Shown: positions 52,600 through 63,250, counted from the stretch's first letter. The stretch is 64,000 nt of DNA from Bacteroidia bacterium (GCA_046296495.1 JBKBLB010000006.1:37949-101948); one strand, 5' to 3'. The notes: generated by a model from the sequence alone, not told the origin. Numbers and translations are program-made.

Positions 52600-53168
52600 T
52601 GGATGAACCTAAACGACTGATATTATTTGCAAGTGGTAGTGGCAGCAATGTTTTAAATGTTTGTAATTATTTTAAAAATAGCAGCAAGGCCAAAGTAGTT
52701 GCTTTGTTTTGTAATAATAAACAAGCAGGTGTTTTGGAAAAAGTAAAACCCTTTAATATTCCAACACATTTATTTACAAAACAAGAATTAAATCAACCTG
52801 AATTTTTTTTACCGCTAATACAGCAATATCAGCCTGACTTAATCTGTTTGCTAGGTTTTTTATTGCAAATTCCATCATACTTGGTTCAGCAATACCCCCA
52901 AAAAATTATAAACCTGCATCCGGCTTTATTGCCCAAATATGGTGGTAAAGGTATGTTTGGTCAATTTGTTCATAAAGCTGTTAAAAATGCGGGCGAATCC
53001 GAAACAGGTATCACCATTCATTATGTAAATGAAAAATATGATGAAGGTGCAATTATCAAACAATTTAAGGTAGCTCTAAATAACCAAGATAGTGTTGAAG
53101 ACATAGCCAACAAAATATCAGAGTTGGAAATGCAACACGTTCCAGAGGTTATAGAATCGCTTTTATAA
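52599..53168 (+). CDS. purN: Phosphoribosylglycinamide formyltransferase
   Basis: Conserved N…H…D active-site spacing (INLHPALLP…, GITIHYV…DEGAII). Confidence 0.85.
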   Translation: MDEPKRLILFASGSGSNVLNVCNYFKNSSKAKVVALFCNNKQAGVLEKVKPFNIPTHLFTKQELNQPEFFLPLIQQYQPDLICLLGFLLQIPSYLVQQYPQKIINLHPALLPKYGGKGMFGQFVHKAVKNAGESETGITIHYVNEKYDEGAIIKQFKVALNNQDSVEDIANKISELEMQHVPEVIESLL

Positions 53169-53178
53169 TGTTATAAAT

Positions 53179-54222
53179 TTAATGCAAAGCAATGGTTTTG
53201 TTTTGTGTAATGGTATGTAAAAGAGATGCTTTTAATACTTCGCCCATATTGTGTGCTTTTAAAAAACGTTTGCTTTGATAAAACTCACTAAGTTCGTTTT
53301 TTAGCCTTTCTACATTTTTTTCAGGAGCAAGGTTATCAAGGCACATGGCATCGGTTAAGCGTTGCAAAGGCCACTTGGCAGCTTTCATTCTACTTACAAT
53401 GATGGCTCTTTCTTCGCGTTGGTATTGTTGCATACTCGGAATAGTAATTTGTTTCATCACCAATTCAACAAAGGGTTTGTTTTGTTTGTAAAATTGCGGC
53501 AGATAAATGTTTTTTCTACCGTTGTAGCATTGTTGGTCAAAATCTATGGCACGTATGCGGTAATGTACTTCTTCAAAATCAGGAGTAAATTGTATTACAA
53601 AATTGCTGCTGTGCATATCGCCAAGCAGGCGTATAAAGCAACGCTCGTTAAACTTTACAAACTCTTTAGCAAGTCGGGTTGCATTAAAGTTGTCTTTGTA
53701 CATGTAATTTTTAACAAAATCATCACCCGGTATGCCTGCAATATGTTCTTCAATCAGTGTTTCATCATTAACCAAATAATTTATCCTGTTTGGCGAAAGC
53801 AGATGTTCAAGTTCAAGCCCGTAAATACGCGATGCATCGGCATGTTTTATGTAAAAATAGTCAAAGTTATCATTCAAGCGGTTTACAATTCTAATTCTAA
53901 ATGGCGAGGTGTTTCCGTAAAGGCAATTGTCAATACGTTCAACATATAAGTGTTCAATTACATGTAAATCGCCTCCGGTTTTTAGCAAAGCATAAATTTT
54001 AACTAGCTGCTGCTGCAAAAAGTTAAAATCTTCATGTTTGTATATACAGGTTTCCCAAAGGGTATCTTTGCCCTTTTTATCATATAGCGAAACGGTTTCA
54101 ATAAACTCCTGAAGCTGCTTGTAGTGAATGGCAACGGTATTTTCACGGCCATGTCTTTTAAGGTAGTTTCTAAGAGGTTCTTGTATTTTAATTACATCTT
54201 TTTTGCGGCTTATTTCGTGCAT
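53179..54222 (-). CDS. Hypothetical protein with a kinase-like (APH/choline-kinase-type phosphotransferase) catalytic signature
   Basis: LLGDMHSSNFVI matches the Brenner motif hGDxhxxNhh. A downstream IDFD matches the DFG-equivalent metal-binding motif. Confidence 0.45.
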   Translation of the reverse strand: MHEISRKKDVIKIQEPLRNYLKRHGRENTVAIHYKQLQEFIETVSLYDKKGKDTLWETCIYKHEDFNFLQQQLVKIYALLKTGGDLHVIEHLYVERIDNCLYGNTSPFRIRIVNRLNDNFDYFYIKHADASRIYGLELEHLLSPNRINYLVNDETLIEEHIAGIPGDDFVKNYMYKDNFNATRLAKEFVKFNERCFIRLLGDMHSSNFVIQFTPDFEEVHYRIRAIDFDQQCYNGRKNIYLPQFYKQNKPFVELVMKQITIPSMQQYQREERAIIVSRMKAAKWPLQRLTDAMCLDNLAPEKNVERLKNELSEFYQSKRFLKAHNMGEVLKASLLHTITQNKTIALH

Positions 54223-54305
54223 AAAAAACCTTTGGTTCAGGCAAATAAATATAAATTTTTGTTGGTTTGAACCAACCGTATTTTTTTAAACTACTTTGCA
54301 AAAAA

Positions 54306-55706
54306 ATGCAACATGCTTTAAACGATAAAAAAATTACACGAGCCTGGACCATGTACGACTGGGCAAACAGTGTTTTTTCGTTAACCATAGCAACAGCTAT
54401 ATTTCCGCCTTATTACGAGTCGGTAAGTAAATCTGCATCAATTGCGCAGCAAGGAGTAGATAAAGAACCTTACCTGCTAAATTTTTTAGGATTTAAGGTT
54501 GTAAATACTGCACTTTACAGTTATACATTATCGTTGGGATTTTTACTGGTTGCAATTATTACGCCAATACTTTCCGGTATTGCAGATGCCAAACAAAACA
54601 AAAAATTTTTTATGAAAATGTTTTGCTATTTAGGAGCAGCGTCATGTATTATAATGTATTTTTTTACGGCACAAACCATTTATTTTGGACTAACTCTTTT
54701 TGTTATTAGCCTGGTAGGATTTACAAGCAGTATTGTTTATTACAATGCATTTTTACCCGAAATAGCCACCGAAGATAATTATGATAAATTGAGCGCTAAA
54801 GGTTATTCGCTTGGCTATGTTGGCAGTGTTTTGCTTTTACTTTTTAATCTCTCACTAATCATGTTTCCGAGTTTAGTTTTTCCGCTTCAAAATAAGGCGT
54901 TACAAATGCAGCAAACCGGTTTAACCGAAACAGATGCATTACAAGCTGCAAAATCGTATTACGAATCAATAGCCATAAGGTTAAGCTTTGTTAGTGTTGG
55001 CTTGTGGTGGGCCGGCTTTGCGCAAATTACTTTTAGGCACTTACCCGAAAAACCTGTAACAACAAATAACCATGAAAGTATATTTTACAAGGGTTTTTTG
55101 CAGCTTAAAAAAGTTTGGCTTGAGCTACAACTGCCCCAAAACAGTATTATAAAACGTTATTTGTGGGGTTTCTTTTTTACCAGTATGGGCTTGCAAACGG
55201 TAATGTATGTGGCAAGTTTATTCGGCAGCTATGAGTTAAAACTTCCAACTCAAGATTTAATAATTTTAATTATTATTATTCAAATTGTTGCTATTGCTGG
55301 CGCTCATTTTTTTAGTTGGCTCAGCAAAAAAAATGGCAATATTTATACTTTAATTGTTATGCTTTCTATTTGGATAATTATTTGTGTTCTTGCATTTATG
55401 GTTCAAAACAAAGTTCAGTTTTTTGGTATTGGCATATTGGTTGGGTTGGTTATGGGAGGTATTCAAAGTTTATTGCGAAGTACCTATGCTAAAATAATTC
55501 CTGATGGTACAAAAAATAATGCAAGCTATTTTAGTTTTTATGATGTTTCTGAAAAATTAGCTATTGTATTTGGTACATTTGTATTTGGATTTTTACTTGA
55601 TTATACCGGTAGTATGAGGTTAAGTACTTTGGCAATAGCAGCATTTTTTAGTACAGGTATGTTTTTTATTGCACGTATAAAAAACTTTAAAGAGCTTCAT
55701 CCATAA
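54306..55706 (+). CDS. MFS transporter (UMF1/Atg22-like family)
   Basis: 12 predicted TM helices. RAWTMYDWANSVFS N-terminal block typical of this family. Confidence 0.7.
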   Translation: MQHALNDKKITRAWTMYDWANSVFSLTIATAIFPPYYESVSKSASIAQQGVDKEPYLLNFLGFKVVNTALYSYTLSLGFLLVAIITPILSGIADAKQNKKFFMKMFCYLGAASCIIMYFFTAQTIYFGLTLFVISLVGFTSSIVYYNAFLPEIATEDNYDKLSAKGYSLGYVGSVLLLLFNLSLIMFPSLVFPLQNKALQMQQTGLTETDALQAAKSYYESIAIRLSFVSVGLWWAGFAQITFRHLPEKPVTTNNHESIFYKGFLQLKKVWLELQLPQNSIIKRYLWGFFFTSMGLQTVMYVASLFGSYELKLPTQDLIILIIIIQIVAIAGAHFFSWLSKKNGNIYTLIVMLSIWIIICVLAFMVQNKVQFFGIGILVGLVMGGIQSLLRSTYAKIIPDGTKNNASYFSFYDVSEKLAIVFGTFVFGFLLDYTGSMRLSTLAIAAFFSTGMFFIARIKNFKELHP

Positions 55707-55709
55707 ACC

Positions 55710-56426
55710 ATGAAGGTTAATATACTTATACCATGTTTTATTGATCAGTTTAGCCCGCAAACGGGTTTTAACATGATAAAAGTGCTTGAAAAAGCGGGCT
55801 GCAAAGTACATTACCATATTGAACAAACCTGCTGCGGAATGCCTGCCTTTAATGCCGGACGTTGGTCTGATGCCCGCGAAGTAGGAGAAAAATTTTTAAA
55901 TGAAACTACAACAGATAAACCCCTTGTATGCGGTGCTTCTGCATGTACGGGTGTAATTCGCAATTCATACGATTTGCTTTTTCAAAATTCTTCGTTTCAT
56001 GTAAAATATCGCAACCTACAAAAACAAACCTTCGAGTTAAGTGAGTTTTTAGTTGATGTTTTAAAATTCGACAATTTTGGAGCTGTACTAAATAAAAAGG
56101 CTTTTTATATGCCGTCATGTCAAGCACGAAATGTTTGTAAAACAATTACACAACCCTTACAGCTTTTAAAAAACATAGAAGGACTTGAACTGATTAATAT
56201 TGATTTTGAAAACGAATGTTGCGGCTTTGGTGGAATGTTTTCTGTAAACAACCCCGAGCTAAGTTTTTTTATGGGTAAACAAATTATTGATAAAGTTATG
56301 AATGCAGGTGCAGATAGTATAATTAGTACTGATTATGCCTGCCTTATGCATTTAAAGGCGATTTGTACCAAACAGCAATTACCCATAAATATTTTGCACA
56401 TTGCAGATGTGCTTGCAAACTTTTGA
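55710..56426 (+). CDS. (Fe-S)-binding CCG-domain protein, LutA/LldE-like
   Basis: Two CCG motifs (QTCCGMPAFN…, ECCGFGGMFS…). Confidence 0.75.
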   Translation: MKVNILIPCFIDQFSPQTGFNMIKVLEKAGCKVHYHIEQTCCGMPAFNAGRWSDAREVGEKFLNETTTDKPLVCGASACTGVIRNSYDLLFQNSSFHVKYRNLQKQTFELSEFLVDVLKFDNFGAVLNKKAFYMPSCQARNVCKTITQPLQLLKNIEGLELINIDFENECCGFGGMFSVNNPELSFFMGKQIIDKVMNAGADSIISTDYACLMHLKAICTKQQLPINILHIADVLANF

Positions 56427-57336
56427 AATTTTAAAAATTATGGCTATAGTTATTTTAGGTTTATTGGTTTTTGGTTTGAGCGCAATAGCTGCCAAAACAC
56501 CGCAATTTAGCAATGCAGCTAATGGTTTAAGAATTGTTGCTGTGTTAATAATAATTTCGGGTATTGCATTAAATTGCCTAAAGCAAATTGACCCGGGATA
56601 CGTTGGCGTAAAAGTATTGTTTGGCAAGGTACAACCAGATGTGCTTAGAAGCGGCTTACATGTTATAAATCCGTTGGTTGATGTTAAAGAACTGGATATT
56701 AAAACCAAAAACTATACCATGAGTGGCATAAATGATGAAGGTATGAAGAGCGGAGATGATGCCATAAGGGTTTTAACTGCCGATGGTTTAGAAGTTTTAA
56801 TTGACCTAACTGTTTTATACAAACTCATTCCAGATGAAGCACCACGATTATTAAATGAAACCGGTATTGATTACGACCAGAAAATTATAAGACCTGTTAC
56901 ACGTACTTCTATAAGAGATAATGCCGTTTACTACGATGCAGTATCATTATATTCAAACAAGCGTGATGAGTTTCAAACTAGAATATTCAACTCCATTGAA
57001 AAGAATTTTAAAGAACGTGGAATTATTTTGGAACAGTTACTCGTTAGAAATATTACACTTCCTCCAAGTGTTAAAGCCAGTATTGAAGAGAAAATAAGAG
57101 CAGAGCAAGAAGCACAAAAAATGCAGTTTGTATTACAAAAAGAACGACAAGAGGCCGATAGAAAAAGGGTAGAAGCTCAGGGTATTGCAGATTATCAAAG
57201 AATTATTAGTAGTGGTTTAACTGATAAACAACTTCAATACGAAACCATAAAAGCAAATCTTGAGCTGGCAAAATCAAACAACAGCAAGGTTATTATTATG
57301 GGTAATAACACACCGTTAATAATTGATGGAAAATAA
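56401..57336 (+). CDS. SPFH/band-7 (prohibitin/HflC-like) membrane protein
   Basis: N-terminal TM, then SPFH core (DPGYVGVKVLFGKVQPDVLRSGLHVINPL…) and a coiled-coil tail. Confidence 0.8.
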   Translation: MQMCLQTFEILKIMAIVILGLLVFGLSAIAAKTPQFSNAANGLRIVAVLIIISGIALNCLKQIDPGYVGVKVLFGKVQPDVLRSGLHVINPLVDVKELDIKTKNYTMSGINDEGMKSGDDAIRVLTADGLEVLIDLTVLYKLIPDEAPRLLNETGIDYDQKIIRPVTRTSIRDNAVYYDAVSLYSNKRDEFQTRIFNSIEKNFKERGIILEQLLVRNITLPPSVKASIEEKIRAEQEAQKMQFVLQKERQEADRKRVEAQGIADYQRIISSGLTDKQLQYETIKANLELAKSNNSKVIIMGNNTPLIIDGK

Positions 57337-58396
57337 CTCAAATATTTTTTCGCATACAGTTTTAAAAGATTTTTGCATACGTGTTTTCACCAAATGCGGA
57401 ATGCCTGAAGAAGATGCAAAACTTGCATCTGATATATTAATTGAAGCCGATTTGCGTGGAATTGATTCGCATGGAGTTGCCAGGCTTAGCGGGTATTTAA
57501 GGTTATACAACAAAGGCAGGGCAAACTTTACAGCAAAGCCCAAAATTATTCACCAAACACCATCAACAGCCAATATTGATGCGGATAACGGCCTTGGACT
57601 TGTTGTTACGCCCTATGCAATGCAAGTTGCAATTCAAAAAGCTATCAATGTAGGTACCGGTTGGGTAGCCATACACAACAGCAATCACTTTGGCATTGCC
57701 GCTTATCATGCAATGCTTGCATTGCCACATAATATGATTGGATTTGCCATAACCAATGCAACACCATTGGTAGCGCCCACCAATAGTAATCAACGCATGC
57801 TGGGTACAAATCCGCTTGCTATTGCCATTCCATCTAAAAAATATAAACCTGTAGTGGTAGATATGGCTACAAGCGCTGCGGCAAACGGTAAACTTGAAAT
57901 AGCTCAACGTTTAAATAAAAGTATTCAAACCGGTTGGGTTCAAACCAAAACAGGTAAAGAAAGTACAAACCCAAACGAGTTAAAAGAGGGTGGTAGTTTA
58001 CTACCACTGGGTGGACACAAAGGTTACGGACTAAGTGCAGCCATTGATGTTTTGAGTGCTGTATTAAGTGGAGCAAACTACGGACCGTGGGTACCACCTT
58101 TTGTAACTTTTCTAGAACCAAAAGAAAACCAACCGGGAAAAGGTATTGGCCATTTTGTTGGCGCTATGCGGGTTGATGCTTTCAGGCCATTAGAAGAATT
58201 TTATTACCATATTGATAATTGGATTGAAACATTTAAAAAGTCAACACCAATTAATGAAAATGAGCCTGTGTTGATTCCGGGAGAACCTGAATTTTTTGAA
58301 AAAGATAAAAGAGTAATTTCAGGAATACCACTAAACCAAAATGTTGTTGATGACTTAAAGAAGCTGGCATTGGTATTAGGTATTGAAGGAATATAA
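57323..58396 (+). CDS. Ldh_2 family oxidoreductase (malate/L-lactate/sulfolactate dehydrogenase type 2)
   Basis: N-terminal DLRGIDSHGVARLSGY and a central HxGxxKGYGL-like motif (GGHKGYGLS). Confidence 0.8.
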   Translation: MMENNSNIFSHTVLKDFCIRVFTKCGMPEEDAKLASDILIEADLRGIDSHGVARLSGYLRLYNKGRANFTAKPKIIHQTPSTANIDADNGLGLVVTPYAMQVAIQKAINVGTGWVAIHNSNHFGIAAYHAMLALPHNMIGFAITNATPLVAPTNSNQRMLGTNPLAIAIPSKKYKPVVVDMATSAAANGKLEIAQRLNKSIQTGWVQTKTGKESTNPNELKEGGSLLPLGGHKGYGLSAAIDVLSAVLSGANYGPWVPPFVTFLEPKENQPGKGIGHFVGAMRVDAFRPLEEFYYHIDNWIETFKKSTPINENEPVLIPGEPEFFEKDKRVISGIPLNQNVVDDLKKLALVLGIEGI

Positions 58397-58410
58397 CTAA
58401 AAACAAAAAA

Positions 58411-58442
58411 GGCAGTTTCAAAATATCGAAACTGCCTTTTTT
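58411..58442. terminator. Bidirectional rho-independent terminator between convergent genes
   Basis: ggcagtttc / gaaactgcc stem flanked by A-run (5') and T-run (3'). Confidence 0.6.
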
Positions 58443-58462
58443 GTATTGATAAATGAATTTAA

Positions 58463-60391
58463 TTATTCTACAACAAAACGTTTGCTGGTTGTTGCGCCAT
58501 TGGTATTAGTAATATTTGCAAAATATACACCTGCTCCAAATGATGATAACATTATTTGTTGTTGATGTGTGTTTAATCCTTCAAGGTTTAAAATTCTGCG
58601 ACCTGTAATATCCATAATTTGAATGCCGGCAATAGCTGCTTTTCCTTTTTCCATGCTTATGTTTAGGCTTTCTTTAGCAGGGTTTGGATACACATTTACA
58701 AAAGAACTGATGTTGTTTTCTTGAGCGATGCCTACAGAAGCACGTTTGGTTAGTCTTACCCAACGAACTGATGATGATCTGCGGGTAAAAGTACCGTTAT
58801 CGGCAAACACAGCCCAATCGGCTATGGCAGTTTGGTCATCGCCAAAACCTAAGTCGGTAAGTAAACCGTAAGCAATATTCATGGGAATTGCAATACTGTC
58901 GTTATTACCCGCATTTAAAGCAACAATCGGATTGATGAAATTTCCATCAGGGAAATCAATAGCAAATGTGTAGTTTATTGGAGAACTTGCTGCATCCATA
59001 GACTTTTCCCATTTAATAACTGCAAATTTTGTAGCATCGTTATAAATATCAATATTTTGATCTTGTGCTGGAGAAAGAAGATTAAACTCGTCTAATTCTT
59101 TATTTGCAGCAAGATTAAATTGCAAAGCAATACGTGGAGCTATAAATCTGGCAATGGTATCACAATATGCGCGACCTCTAGGTTCAGACATAAAGGGATT
59201 TGTTATCATAGATATAGAATCTGCTGCACGACCATTTGCCGGTAGTGGAATTCCTCTGTAAGGAGCTGATGTAATTCCTTGTACAGCAGTTCTGTTCCAA
59301 AATTCCCAAGGTGCACCTTCGGCCGGGAATGCTGTGCGAATAGGAAATAAATTATTTACACCATTTGTATAACGCATGGCCATCATCGAAACCATGTCAC
59401 TTGGCATCATTCTGTTTATTTTATTGTTTATACCTCTTCTGTTTAATGAAGGAATTACGTGTCCGCCACCGCTGGCATTAGGAATAACTGTTACACCTGT
59501 TGTTGGTACAACAACATTTCCTGTTAAAAATGGGGCAAAAATATCACCTACACAGTGTAAAGAAACGTGAGGAAGCGTGTTATTATCAATCCATGAGGTA
59601 TCTCCCATGGCACCGCCATAATTAAATGTCATGTGAGCTTTAGCTGAAATATTTGGATTTTTAGGAAGGTTAAAAATAGTTATACCTCCTAAACCCATCC
59701 AATCACCCAAAGTATCAACATTTACCATTGGCGAAGCATCTCCACGTAAAAACTTAAGGCTGCCTTCAATTTCTTCGCGTTTATCAACACTACCTAAAGC
59801 TAAAGAAATGTAACCTCCGGTACCTTGTCCGCCAACAATAATTTTACTTGTATCAATACCAAAGGTTGAAGCATTTGAACGTAGGAAACGAATGCAGTTT
59901 CTCATATCCTGTATGCCTCTGTAAGTGGCTTTTAATAGTTGTTCGGTAGCTTGTTCTTGGTTTGTTGTTGTTGGATTCCACCCTAGGCGATAATTTGGAG
60001 CAACAACCACATAGCCACGTTTTGCAAAATTAGTTGCAACAGTTACAATCGTGCTGTCGTTTTTATTTCCTGTTACTTGGTTGTTTAATATAGCAGGTAA
60101 ATAGCTACCTGTATGAGCCAAAATAATAACAGGTCTGTTTGTCTGCGCGTCACCTGCTGGTGAGTAAATATCACACACAAGGTTTTCCATCCATAGTGGT
60201 GAACCATTTAAACTGGGTGGCAATCCTGGCGTACCAAACAACAGGTTTACTGCTATATTGGAGTCGTAAACAACATTGTTTTGGCGTGAAACATTGGTGA
60301 AAATTTCGTCAATGTAACGCGTTTGTGCATTGGCATTTATTACTGTAAACATGCCAAGCGTCATCATAATACTTAGTAATTTTCTTTTCAT
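58463..60391 (-). CDS. T9SS-secreted protein, probable alpha/beta-hydrolase-like enzyme with C-terminal type-A sorting domain
   Basis: Signal peptide. C-terminal CTD (VYPNPAKESLNISM…IQIMDITGRRI…GAGVYFANITNTNGATTSKRFVV). Confidence 0.55.
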   Translation of the reverse strand: MKRKLLSIMMTLGMFTVINANAQTRYIDEIFTNVSRQNNVVYDSNIAVNLLFGTPGLPPSLNGSPLWMENLVCDIYSPAGDAQTNRPVIILAHTGSYLPAILNNQVTGNKNDSTIVTVATNFAKRGYVVVAPNYRLGWNPTTTNQEQATEQLLKATYRGIQDMRNCIRFLRSNASTFGIDTSKIIVGGQGTGGYISLALGSVDKREEIEGSLKFLRGDASPMVNVDTLGDWMGLGGITIFNLPKNPNISAKAHMTFNYGGAMGDTSWIDNNTLPHVSLHCVGDIFAPFLTGNVVVPTTGVTVIPNASGGGHVIPSLNRRGINNKINRMMPSDMVSMMAMRYTNGVNNLFPIRTAFPAEGAPWEFWNRTAVQGITSAPYRGIPLPANGRAADSISMITNPFMSEPRGRAYCDTIARFIAPRIALQFNLAANKELDEFNLLSPAQDQNIDIYNDATKFAVIKWEKSMDAASSPINYTFAIDFPDGNFINPIVALNAGNNDSIAIPMNIAYGLLTDLGFGDDQTAIADWAVFADNGTFTRRSSSVRWVRLTKRASVGIAQENNISSFVNVYPNPAKESLNISMEKGKAAIAGIQIMDITGRRILNLEGLNTHQQQIMLSSFGAGVYFANITNTNGATTSKRFVVE

Positions 60392-60448
60392 TGCTTTAAT
60401 AGTTTTTTGCGCTGCTAATAAAGCAATTATATACGAATAATCAAATTA

Positions 60449-63250
60449 TTAAAGATTATTTAAGTCGAGCAATAAACTTATATAAGCTAAACGCCCTACG
60501 CTTGGTCCGCCATAAACCTGTATTACACGGTTGTTTAAAAGGTTATTGGCACCAATTTTTAATAGCAATTTTCCGTCTTTAAATGATTTGTTTATTTGAG
60601 CATCTAATAGGTCGTAGGCTTCAACCATACCGGTAAACTGCGGAGAGCCTTCAAACATAAACCCTTCTTGCCATTTGTAATTAATGCCATAGCCCCAGTT
60701 GTTTATTTTTAAGCCACCAATGTTAGAATTTATATTTCTACCGTTTAAACCTAAATTGTATTTGTGTTCGGGGGTATTAAAAGCCGGTATTAATGGGTCT
60801 GTGCTTCCGCGCCTGTCTAGCTTATTCCAACTGTAATTTCCGCTAAAACCGAGCCAACTCTTTAAAAAATAATTTAATCCTACTGTAAAGCCTTGTGTTG
60901 TAACCATATCTTTACTGTTGGTTGTTACTCTGTAAACGTTAATTCTTCTAATAAAAGGGTCGCCATCCGGCCAATTTATGTCTGCACCAATTTTAAAGCC
61001 AAGAAAATCGGTGTACCAGCTAAAATAATAACTCGCATCAATAAAAAGTTTATCAAACAATGTTGTGCGGTAGCCGGCTTCAACTGTTCTTACCCTCTCT
61101 GGTCTTACAGGGTCAACATTAAAATATTCAAGTCTAGATTTGCCGTTATTTAACGCATCAAATAACGAATTTACGGTAACCAATGAATCAAAACCTTTGA
61201 GATTGCCAAGTAAAGTAGCCGGACCCACATTTAAGTTAATGTATTGATCAATTAACGTTGGATTTCGAATTGCGCTAGATACTGTTCCTCTGAATACGTG
61301 TTGGTTGTATGTATAAACAGCAGTAAATGCCGGAGAAACCAATGCCTTAAAATTTTGATTTTTATCTACCCGAGTAGTTAAATTCATTTTTAATTGTTTC
61401 ATGGTTAAAGTATTGTTTACAAAATCAATTTTGCGTTCAATACCTAAATAACCGCCACCTTCTTTGTTATAAATTCTTTGGTTTGGAATGGTATCAAGAA
61501 AAATAGTGCCTTGTGAATTTGGTGCATAAAGCCTGAAGTTTCCACCTATTTTAAATTCAAAATTTCTGTAGTTTATAATTTTTTCTGCTGCTACGTGGTA
61601 TAAGGCCGATCTGTCAAAAAATCTTGAGCCACCCTCGCGGTTTGTTCTTGACGTAATAGCTTTGAAAGCCGAATCAAATCTTTCTGTACCCGGCTCAAAC
61701 CCGTTTAAACCACCCCGTGTTAAATAAAAAGATGTATCAGTAATATTTCTAACAATTTGATGAAAAAGCCTTAATGAATCGTAGAAAAAAATTCTTAAAT
61801 ATTCGTTAGCATAATCTTCGTATCTAACTCCCGGGGGTTGAGAACCAATGGCTGGTCTAATTGGTTGAATTCTGTTAAATATAAATTTATTCCAATTTTC
61901 GGCATAATCTATAGCCCAATCGTTATTTGGTTTGGCATAACTTTGCAATAAAAGGGCTGTGTTGTAAGCATCATAACTTTTTCCTGCATCTTCGTGGGTA
62001 GCATAAACCCTAATAAAATAGTTTCCTTCTTTTCTTAGTTCAACACGGTTTTGATAAAACCAAATATCTTTAAGGCTAAACCTGTTTTCTCCCTGATAAA
62101 CCGTAGTACCATTGCTAATGCTTGTTGCTGCTATAAGTTCATGATCGTTTTTTATTTTATAATGAAGAGTTGTGTTAAATTTTATGTTATGAGAGTTATA
62201 GTCAACCAAATCAATTTCTCTATAACCTTTTCTGGTTGTATATCCATAACCTAAGTAAGGAAGGCCTGTTTGTCTGAATCTGTTGGTTGCATATTCATCG
62301 CCATAAATATTTACCGCATCATAACCTCCGGGGTTATCTCTGCCAACAGGCGATTGAATGGTTGCATCATAATTGGTTGCTTCCCAATCGTTTGCCCTCA
62401 TAGCAAAAAGGTTAATTTTATAAGCAAATTTTTCTTCACCCCTTTTGTTTTTAATAACCTGTGCGTACCTAACTGCAGCTTCGGTTAAGTTTCGTTCGCC
62501 AACTCTTACTTGTGCACTTAGTCCTTTAAATAAAAACGGACTTTTTGTTTGCATATTTATTACACCATTAAACGCTGCCGGACCGTAATAAGCACTACTT
62601 GCACCAACAATTAAATCAACCCGTTGTACATCAAGTTCGCTTGCTCCCAAAAAATTACCAAGACTAAAGTTCAATCCTGGCGATTGGTTATCAACACCAT
62701 CAATAAGTTGAAGGCTACGAACAGGACTTGTGCTGTTAAAACCACGAGTGTTTATAATTTTAAAACCAATTGAGGCGCTTGTAAGGTCAACACCCTTTAA
62801 ATGTGCAAGACCTTCGTAAAAGTTTGCAGCCGGTGTTTCTTTTATTGCAACAGCATCCATTGTTTCTATGGTTAGAGGTGCTTGCTTTTGTCTTTCGGTA
62901 ATGCGTGTATCTGTAACCTGCACCTCTTTTAGTTCTTTTGTGTTTTCTTCAAGCTTAATGTTTAAAGGCTTTGCAAAGTCGGCCTGAGTATTAATTGTTA
63001 ATTCTTTGGTAATATAACCAATGTAAGATATAACCAAAACAAAAGGAAAATTTTCAGAAGTTTTTAATGTAAATGAACCTTCAAAATCGGTGGCAGCACC
63101 TTTATTGGTTCCTTTTATATTAATGGTAGCGCCTACAAGTGCTTCGTTGCTTTTTTTATCTTTAACATTTCCGGTTATGGTTAATGTTGTTTGAGCCCAA
63201 AGACTATTTAATAAAAGTATAAAACCAATTGCAGTATAAACTTTTTTCAA
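60449..63250 (-). CDS. TonB-dependent receptor with N-terminal CarboxypepD_reg domain
   Basis: Signal peptide. TGNVKDKKSNEALVGATINIKGT…DFEGSFTL domain. Plug. 22-strand barrel length. No SusD-like gene adjacent. Confidence 0.8.
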   Translation of the reverse strand: MKKVYTAIGFILLLNSLWAQTTLTITGNVKDKKSNEALVGATINIKGTNKGAATDFEGSFTLKTSENFPFVLVISYIGYITKELTINTQADFAKPLNIKLEENTKELKEVQVTDTRITERQKQAPLTIETMDAVAIKETPAANFYEGLAHLKGVDLTSASIGFKIINTRGFNSTSPVRSLQLIDGVDNQSPGLNFSLGNFLGASELDVQRVDLIVGASSAYYGPAAFNGVINMQTKSPFLFKGLSAQVRVGERNLTEAAVRYAQVIKNKRGEEKFAYKINLFAMRANDWEATNYDATIQSPVGRDNPGGYDAVNIYGDEYATNRFRQTGLPYLGYGYTTRKGYREIDLVDYNSHNIKFNTTLHYKIKNDHELIAATSISNGTTVYQGENRFSLKDIWFYQNRVELRKEGNYFIRVYATHEDAGKSYDAYNTALLLQSYAKPNNDWAIDYAENWNKFIFNRIQPIRPAIGSQPPGVRYEDYANEYLRIFFYDSLRLFHQIVRNITDTSFYLTRGGLNGFEPGTERFDSAFKAITSRTNREGGSRFFDRSALYHVAAEKIINYRNFEFKIGGNFRLYAPNSQGTIFLDTIPNQRIYNKEGGGYLGIERKIDFVNNTLTMKQLKMNLTTRVDKNQNFKALVSPAFTAVYTYNQHVFRGTVSSAIRNPTLIDQYINLNVGPATLLGNLKGFDSLVTVNSLFDALNNGKSRLEYFNVDPVRPERVRTVEAGYRTTLFDKLFIDASYYFSWYTDFLGFKIGADINWPDGDPFIRRINVYRVTTNSKDMVTTQGFTVGLNYFLKSWLGFSGNYSWNKLDRRGSTDPLIPAFNTPEHKYNLGLNGRNINSNIGGLKINNWGYGINYKWQEGFMFEGSPQFTGMVEAYDLLDAQINKSFKDGKLLLKIGANNLLNNRVIQVYGGPSVGRLAYISLLLDLNNL

